Source of the DNA: an uncultured virus (IMG/VR IMGVR_UViG_3300037067_013436)
Lineage: Duplodnaviria > Heunggongvirae > Uroviricota > Caudoviricetes
Virus record (IMG/VR): IMGVR_UViG_3300037067_013436
Strand: one strand, 5' to 3'
Length of the DNA: 64,000 nt
Of the stretch, positions 11,301 through 16,864 are shown piece after piece. Numbering within the stretch: the first letter of the stretch is position 1; each line of letters opens with the position of its first letter. Below the pieces are notes generated by a model. It had not been told where the DNA came from, ran no database searches, and saw only the letters and a list, made by a program, of their open reading frames with translations. The translations under genes and the position numbers were made by a program.

Positions 11301-12287
11301 TTGGCAGAGAGTAGAGATAATAAGCCGTCTTTTGTGTTAAATGACTCAGCAGAAAAGCGATTGGCACGTCTTTTCTATTGTTATACTAACGAGAACTCTA
11401 AAGCATATGATCCGATTCTTGCTGAGAAAATCCGCACTCTTCGTCCGAAATGGTTCATCCATAATGCAGATCTAGACAGGTCTAAATTGTTAGAATTAGC
11501 AAAAAGTGGCGCAAAGAAGCCAAGTACCTTCTCAAAAGACCCAGAAGAGAAGCGATTGGGAAATACATTATATAGATGCACCACTAAAGGTGCTGACTAT
11601 AATTCTGACTTTAATAAGGAGATTCGTGCCCTCCGTCCCGACTGGTTCGCATATAAGAAGAGAATCAGGCGTGGCAAATATGCTGGCCGTAATGAATATC
11701 GTGAATTCTTGGTCAAGGCTCTGAAATATTACGGTATTACTTCTTTCTCTGGCTGCGAATTCTGGACTCTCGGCGGCAGAGAATGGTATGAGTACAAGCA
11801 CCTTGTCGATGCCGGTATCGAACTAAAATGCAATTCTTACCACAATGTCGACAAGGGAACAATCGATAAGGCACCAGAAGGAGCCTGTGCTCACTCCAAT
11901 CGCGAATTCTTGACTATCCACAAGTTATGGAAACGATGGCAGAATCCACGTGTCATAAGCTACGACGCGACCATCGGGATGGTTGAATCAAGAACAGAAT
12001 ACTGGCAGGAGTTGTGTTATCTTGCTATCGCTGCCGCCAAGAAATCAGGATGCATACTGTTCTCATGGAACTTCTTGGAAGGCTACGCACATTCTTCATA
12101 TGAGCCGATTGCAAAGGGCGTTTATAAGCAATGGCTGCAATCGTTGAAGGGATTTGCCGAATCGGAAGGACTACAGATCGATTTCTATGCTGATGGGCAG
12201 ATTACTAAACGCCCAACATCCCAAACACCTATGCTCGCTGGATGCTGTAAGTTGGTTAAGGTTGGCTTGGCATTGAAAGTTGGTTGA
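8343..12287 (+). CDS. Superfamily 2 (DExH) helicase with 8 C-terminal tandem HA-like repeats
   Basis: SPTGSGKT, DEVHH, FTAT, LFDEGMD and QRCIGRALR motifs. Eight repeats end in IR.LRP.W. TGATG coupling at 8341-8345. Confidence 0.85.
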   Translation: MLTINPTITVRSNILAGKIVTQSVILDEKADRSKIVLRQYQCGMINHMKQNRLTLVESPTGSGKTNVMLSYTAFVRQHKKVVIITPQLGINHNFTKYTKGCHWCAIEKDEEGREITRYTLCKNSIRQDAMQKSESMKLFLNSVKGTIRVSSYKAFDLALDDETIDLSDVVLLVDEVHHSDVKDENLLGSIIRRCVDRCAEVHAFTATDFRSDGGQPTPEEFSRFRRLLKEHYQEGCCPDFDVAVRFYHAVNKSDFDRLAATEDISNKPDLLDAMNYPELLKAYVDEYKRSPLPTIMYVDGAKQAFDLQKILFNKCKGVRILNFGSDDGETLVSNVKKMRTAKLDALADAPRCYDVVIAIKLFDEGMDWVECAQTFNPRLTGSLQRFVQRCIGRALRHKTNPKHLSPNLSRVVIFEVSLADEDQDVVKYATLQVVIRIKAICSGLDFTDTFTLVLPQRHRAEVDKERARFRLQINSLQNNEIIQRILRASTVPGTSSDELIKMFHQLCAKQGFAITPIFAISLLMQCDVIDKNDRIALEEIIRKRDRRLSKLSFSEFMNDPEIKEAIKKLKVIGVTDYFQVINGMDGTDEVERLLIRLNANSMRENKKKFIESAKNGGKRPKKRSKDPEEKRLGGVFDSYTRESQRTYDPEFTDEIRKIAPLWLENPTAMRKQKLLEIAKGGAERPSKRSKNLAERCFGLALCTYTNRNGRSYDQVFDKQIRALRPEWFVDTKALTKAKLLALASSGGERPIQPTKLADRLSSYTRENSGCYDQEFVAKIRAIRPEWLIPNIDLNKDKLLELAANGAKKPRTTSKLGAAFFRYTNKNINTYDPVFAEKIRATCPDWLVNSKDLKKDKLLELATNGANRPNQCSKNREEKLLGSALSAYTNAKGSKRDPVFNKEIRTLRPDWFEPLVSNKTELLDMAKNGGKRPRGESRDPKERLWAGRLFKYLVDDPSFSEQIHALRPDWFCRTIASTTANKQVLLELAESRDNKPSFVLNDSAEKRLARLFYCYTNENSKAYDPILAEKIRTLRPKWFIHNADLDRSKLLELAKSGAKKPSTFSKDPEEKRLGNTLYRCTTKGADYNSDFNKEIRALRPDWFAYKKRIRRGKYAGRNEYREFLVKALKYYGITSFSGCEFWTLGGREWYEYKHLVDAGIELKCNSYHNVDKGTIDKAPEGACAHSNREFLTIHKLWKRWQNPRVISYDATIGMVESRTEYWQELCYLAIAAAKKSGCILFSWNFLEGYAHSSYEPIAKGVYKQWLQSLKGFAESEGLQIDFYADGQITKRPTSQTPMLAGCCKLVKVGLALKVG

Positions 12288-12497
12288 TGGTATCTGAATA
12301 TTTTCCAGTAAACGACCAAGTGCACCTAAACAGGATAATATAACAGCGATATTAAATTGACACGGTTGTATGGCATGTTCTAATGGAATATGCAAATATC
12401 CAGATACAGATATATTTCAGAAGCAATTGTAATATCGGACGGCTCTCTTGGCAGATTCCGTGAATATTTACGGATCAGTTAACTGTGTTATTGAGTC

Positions 12498-12506
12498 GTG
12501 CTATAA
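12498..12506 (+). promoter_or_regulatory. Extended -10 promoter motif GTGCTATAA upstream of the RAMP-like gene
   Basis: The same motif precedes several genes (4378, 6493, 7685, 14927, 26477, and 28258 on the minus strand). Confidence 0.6.
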
Positions 12507-12557
12507 CCGATTTGGCGAGTTTTGGTACTATCTCTTTAGCTATGAAAGGTTTGTGGT

Positions 12558-13238
12558 ATGGTTAAGCTTATCGAAGCTATTGTGTACGATTTCCGGCTTA
12601 CTGGTGTCACACCGTTATTGATGCATGCTGACAGCATCGACGGATGCGATGAACTCGAAGCGTGGCGCAAAGAGCCACGTCATAAAGGTGTCAGCAAAGC
12701 TGGCGATGATCGGTCCCCCCCGTGGACCTGGATCGTGCATGTTTGCAACGACGGCACGAACATCGCATTGCCATGGGATTACCTCTCGAAGTGCTGCTGT
12801 GTTGCCGGCGCAAAACTGATTGTCAAGGGAAGGACGACGTTCAAGTCGGCCACCCAAAGCGGCATTCGTTGGAACGACCAGTTCTACGACTTCCTTGTGG
12901 CTGGCAAGCAGGTGGCGATGGCGGATATCTGGAAGCTGCGGGAAGATGATCTGACGTTTGCGGAACAGAAGAAAGCTGTTCGTGAAATGGGCTTCGATCT
13001 GTTCGTGAAACGCGCTAGGGTCGGTCAGAGCAAGCACATCCGCGTTCGTGCCAAGTTCGACAAGTGGGAGGTTCGCGGCAAGTTCTGTGTTTCGATGCCA
13101 GAATTGACTGCAGATGTGCTGCAGCAGATCCTTTCCATTGCTGGTCAGAATGCCGGTCTCGGCGATTGGCGTCCTGGTGCACCTTCGTCGCCCGGACCCT
13201 ACGGCATGTTTACTGCCGAGGTAGCCAAGGTGAAGTAG
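12558..13238 (+). CDS. Stand-alone Cas7/RAMP-like RNA-binding protein (Vipr-like effector candidate)
   Basis: N-terminal FRLTGVTPLLMH strand, IALPWDYLSKCC segment, and C-terminal Gly-rich loop AGQNAGLGDWRPG...GPYGMF, as in RAMP/Cas7 folds. Lies directly upstream of the repeat array; no other cas genes in the window. Confidence 0.75.
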   Translation: MVKLIEAIVYDFRLTGVTPLLMHADSIDGCDELEAWRKEPRHKGVSKAGDDRSPPWTWIVHVCNDGTNIALPWDYLSKCCCVAGAKLIVKGRTTFKSATQSGIRWNDQFYDFLVAGKQVAMADIWKLREDDLTFAEQKKAVREMGFDLFVKRARVGQSKHIRVRAKFDKWEVRGKFCVSMPELTADVLQQILSIAGQNAGLGDWRPGAPSSPGPYGMFTAEVAKVK

Positions 13239-13248
13239 TTGACCTGTT

Positions 13249-13286
13249 TTGGCTGGGGCCATTGCTGGCCCCAGCCAATTGTTTTT
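13249..13286 (+). terminator. 13-bp perfect hairpin plus T-rich tail between the RAMP gene and the array (terminator or processing/stabilising element)
   Basis: TTGGCTGGGGCCA-ttgc-TGGCCCCAGCCAA then TTGTTTTT. Confidence 0.65.
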
Positions 13287-14344
13287 GTGCGGTAGGCACG
13301 TTTACGAATCAAGAGAAATGTGGTCAGGCAGGGCTGGGCGAGGCACGGTACGGTGCGGCAGGCAAGGCTCGGCTCGGTTGGGTCAGGTAAGGTCTGGGTG
13401 CCAATGGCACATTTACAAATCAAAGAGTGATGAGGTCAGGTATGGTCGGGTTGTGTACGGTTAGGTCAGGTGTGACAGGGTGTGGTCGGGCAGGGTCTGG
13501 GTGCCAATGGCACATTTACAAATCAAGAGGAATGTTCGGCTGGGTAGGGTCTGGTCAGGTGTAGCTTGGTCGGGTCAGGCTCGGTAGCGTACGGTCAGGC
13601 TAGGTTTGGTGCGGTAAGGTTTGGGTGCCAATGGCACATTTACAAATCAAGAGTGACGTGGCAAGGTAAGGTTAGGTGCGGTAGCGTCCGGCAAGGTCTG
13701 GTGTTGTAAGGTTAGGATGGGTCAGGTAGGGGTGCCAATGGCACATTTACAAATCAAGAGTGACGGTTTGGCGGAGCAAGGTTCGGCGGGGCTCGGCGGG
13801 TACGGTGTGGTTGGGTTCGCTAGGGCTTGGTATGGCTAGGTACGGTAAGGTAGGGGTGCCAATGGCACATTTAAATCAAGAGGAATGTGGTGTGGTGCAG
13901 TACGGCGGTGCTCGGTTAGGTTCGGTAAGGTTCGGTCAGGTGAGGTGTAGTAGGGCTTGGTAAGGTAATGTGCGGCGGGGTTCGGCTGGGTCGGGTGAGG
14001 GTGCCAATGGCACATTTACAAATCAAGAGGAATGTTCGGCTGGGTATGGTGCGGTAGAGTAGGGCTTGGCAGGGTAAATGTGTGGCTGGGCTTGGTTGGG
14101 TCGGGTGAGGGTGCCAATGGCACATTTACAAATCAAGTGAAAGCGGTGAGGTCTGCCAAGGTCGGGTCTAGCGAGGTCAGGCCGGGTACGGTCGGGTACG
14201 GTGTGGTAAGGTTTGGGTGCCAATGGCACATTTACAAATCAAGAGGAATGGTTGTGTCGGCCAGGGTCTGGTCGGGAGGGTGGCGTCGGGCAGGGCTAGG
14301 CCCGGTCGGGCAGGGTATGGTAGGGGTGCCAATGGCACTTTACA
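13287..14344 (+). ncRNA. Putative guide-RNA array: 9 units of (GGY-NN)13-22 separated by conserved hairpin repeats (VIPR-like, not canonical CRISPR)
   Basis: Unit 2 reads GGT CA GGT AT GGT CG GGT TG TGT AC GGT TA GGT CA GGT GT GAC AG GGT GT GGT CG GGC AG GGT CT. About 140 pentamers in total, strongly strand-biased, no credible ORF. Confidence 0.8.
13396..14344 (+). repeat. Direct repeat GGGTGCCAATGGCACATTTACAAATCAAG(AG) x9, plus a degenerate copy at 13287
   Basis: GTGCCAATGGCAC at 13398, 13501, 13625, 13732, 13856, 14001, 14111, 14217 and 14326; period 103-145 bp. The last copy is truncated after TTTACA. Confidence 0.95.
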
Positions 14345-14360
14345 TTCATTAACTGGAGAT

Positions 14361-14882
14361 ATGATGAGCTATATGTTTAAACCGAATCCAGAATCGCGTG
14401 CTGCAGTTGAACGATTGATGGCTCTGGCAGCAAACAGAGATCGCGGCGAAGTCATGCAATGGCAGGAACTTGAGCGAGCCAGCGGTATTGGCCGTTATCA
14501 ATTGATGCGCGAAAACGGGACTGCGAACGGTGCCTACATTATGAAACGCTTTCACGACAGGATGTTGGAAGAGCGTGGTATCGAGATTTGGCCTGAACGC
14601 GAAATCGGTGTTCGATTGCTTTCGGGCCACGAGCAGGCGACGTTGCCATTCAAGCATCGATGCAAACGGGCACGTAGGCAATTTAGGAAGTCTCTAAAGA
14701 CAATGAATTTTCTGAATCGCGACCCGAAAGTCAGCCTTAGCATTATAGATGCTAGGCTGGTCGCTATGCAGCTTGAAATGGCAACGCAGAACATCGAGAT
14801 TTTGAATCATCAATTGCGTGACGTTAACAAGAATCCGCCCGGCTCCGAGAGTATCGACAGACCACCACCAGCCACAATGTAA
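14361..14882 (+). CDS. Hypothetical protein immediately downstream of the array (candidate accessory protein)
   Basis: GGAG at 14355 and ATGATG at 14361. The ORF-track start at 14217 lies inside the array and is unlikely. Confidence 0.7.
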   Translation: MMSYMFKPNPESRAAVERLMALAANRDRGEVMQWQELERASGIGRYQLMRENGTANGAYIMKRFHDRMLEERGIEIWPEREIGVRLLSGHEQATLPFKHRCKRARRQFRKSLKTMNFLNRDPKVSLSIIDARLVAMQLEMATQNIEILNHQLRDVNKNPPGSESIDRPPPATM

Positions 14883-14969
14883 AGGAAGCTGATAAATAGG
14901 TATCAGTTAACTAGGCGGCTGAGTGATGCTATAATTAGTTGCTTGGCTCGTATCTATCTGGAGCTCTAT

Positions 14970-16235
14970 ATGGAAGATCAATACCTCTCGCGTCACGAAT
15001 TAGCTGCATTTCTTGGTGTTTCGGTGCGGTCGGTTGACAGGAGGGCTTCCGATGGTGGCCTTCCAGAACCGATTTGGTTGGGCTCACCAAACGGAAAGAA
15101 ATCTCGCAGGTGGCGAAAATCTGCTATTGTTGCTAAGTTGGAATCAACAAATAGCCCGGTGTCGGTACCGGTATCAATACAACAGCCGATGCAGCAAGTA
15201 TCGGCACAGCCAGCGTTACCCACAACCAAAGGTCCTATCATGATTCAGACTTCCGACTTCACCACGATGATCCCAAACTCCAGATCGCTGCTACACAAGG
15301 GTGATAATGTTGGTCCGAAGTATCGCGAGATAGGAGGCAGTACCGATCTGTTGAAGAAAACAGAAGTTGTTCTCACAAGAGAGAAGGCTGCAGAATTTCT
15401 GAAGTTTAAGGAGTTCATTGCGGAACGGTCGCTCAAGACGCAGCATGTCGCTGATTTACAGAAGCAGATGGTTCGTGGTCTATTCAGACCGGAGCTCGTC
15501 ATGTTGTCGACGGCATATTGTCAAGAGGACAAGCAAACCTATCGTTTGAATGGCCAACATTGTTGTTGGGCTGTCTTCAATCTTCCGTCTAATTTCAATC
15601 CGGAGTATAAGATCAATCTGCTGCATTACAGATGTAAAACGCTTGATGACGTCCGTATCTTGTATAGCACGATTGACCGAAACCTTGCTCGGTCACCTAT
15701 GACGGTTGTCAACTCGATTCTTTTCGGTAGGCCGGGATATGAGAAATACAGCCAACAAGTATTAAGTTTGGTCGTCGCTGGATTCTCTACGTGGAAGTGG
15801 GAATCGTACAATGAACGGGTCAAGTTCGATACTGATGCTAAGTGTCATATCATGGACACTGAGTATCACCAACTAACTCATCAAGTCATGGATTTCTGTC
15901 ATGAACATGTCCTGAATAGACGACATTTAAAGCGAGCATCCGTGGCCGCTGCAATGTTTGAGACGTTTCAAAAATGCGCGGCTGATGCCAGTCGTTTTTG
16001 GGAATCTGTTGCAACTGGTGTCGGATTCGAAAGTCGAAAAGATCCTCGCCTAAAGTTGAAGGAATACCTCGACCAAAATTGGGTTTGTATGCGGGGCGGC
16101 AGCGATACATCGAAGAAAGCCGTAGGGCAAGAAGAGATGTATCGCAAGTGTATAAAGGCTTGGGATAAATTTCGTAGCGGTGAAGAATGTTCTTGCCTTG
16201 TATTGAAATCCAAAAGTCGGCAGAGGGCTAAGTGA
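14970..16235 (+). CDS. AlpA/excisionase-type HTH fused to a ParB/DGQHR-like domain
   Basis: YLSRHELAAFLGVSVRSVDRR...LPEPI...RRWRKS at the N-terminus; ERSL...HV..L...M and RLNGQHCCWAV; TGCTATAAT at 14927. Confidence 0.65.
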   Translation: MEDQYLSRHELAAFLGVSVRSVDRRASDGGLPEPIWLGSPNGKKSRRWRKSAIVAKLESTNSPVSVPVSIQQPMQQVSAQPALPTTKGPIMIQTSDFTTMIPNSRSLLHKGDNVGPKYREIGGSTDLLKKTEVVLTREKAAEFLKFKEFIAERSLKTQHVADLQKQMVRGLFRPELVMLSTAYCQEDKQTYRLNGQHCCWAVFNLPSNFNPEYKINLLHYRCKTLDDVRILYSTIDRNLARSPMTVVNSILFGRPGYEKYSQQVLSLVVAGFSTWKWESYNERVKFDTDAKCHIMDTEYHQLTHQVMDFCHEHVLNRRHLKRASVAAAMFETFQKCAADASRFWESVATGVGFESRKDPRLKLKEYLDQNWVCMRGGSDTSKKAVGQEEMYRKCIKAWDKFRSGEECSCLVLKSKSRQRAK

Positions 16236-16864
16236 TTATGAGCCTTATTGAAGAGTTGCAGCCGTTTCCATATGAACAGTACAAAGGAATTGTACTTGAT
16301 CCACTGGTCATCTATGCAATCAACGAGATCGCTGAGAGGGGTATTGATCCTTCATTCGAGAACATTGTAGCGGCTTCATATTTATTATTTCCGAGGAAGT
16401 TCTCGCTGCAGGGTTACCCTACATTTCCGGATGCCCTTAGAGTTGATCACGTATTGCGGCGCAGCATCTACAAGACACGCAGATGGCTTCGAGGAAAATC
16501 CAAACAAGGTTTTACGCTGACCGACGTTGGATACAAAATCCTACGAGAGGTCAAGGAAGCTTTGTCGGTAGCACCCAAATCATCTAAAGAGTATTCACAT
16601 ACACGGCGATACGACAGACTTCTTGCTGAAGTTAGGCGGTCGTCGGCATTCGTCAAATATCAGCAAGGTGATCAAGAATCAATTACAGCATCTGATTGTT
16701 GCTATGCTTTGCAGTGTACTCTTGACTCTGATTCGCACATTCGTATTACTAATTTGCGGCAACTTCGCACAATCGCAGCAGATCTCGAACAGAATGATAT
16801 TATAATATTCTTGGATTGGCTTGGTGATCGATTTGATCATATCATCAAAGGATACGCTCGATGA
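16232..16864 (+). CDS. Hypothetical protein, possible winged helix
   Basis: Coupled to both neighbours; ENIV...FPRKFSLQGYP.FPD...FTLTDVG. Confidence 0.55.
   Translation: MIMSLIEELQPFPYEQYKGIVLDPLVIYAINEIAERGIDPSFENIVAASYLLFPRKFSLQGYPTFPDALRVDHVLRRSIYKTRRWLRGKSKQGFTLTDVGYKILREVKEALSVAPKSSKEYSHTRRYDRLLAEVRRSSAFVKYQQGDQESITASDCCYALQCTLDSDSHIRITNLRQLRTIAADLEQNDIIIFLDWLGDRFDHIIKGYAR

Noticed and set aside
13322..14323. Simple microsatellite or G-quadruplex-only explanation
   Set aside because: The NN positions are too diverse for slippage expansion, and units are punctuated by conserved hairpins next to a RAMP-like gene. Two-tier G4 formation by the GG runs is possible but does not explain the architecture.
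13287..14344. Canonical CRISPR array
   Set aside because: Inter-repeat segments are about 70-115 nt, variable in length and made of GGY-NN pentamers rather than foreign sequence. No cas1/cas2 or other cas operon genes are in the window.
13064..14352. ORF-track ORFs overlapping the array (e.g. 13064-13390, 13760-13963, 14032-14352, and the 14217 start)
   Set aside because: They are Gly/Arg/Val-rich translations of a 5-nt periodic sequence, have no RBS, and their frames are not preserved between units.
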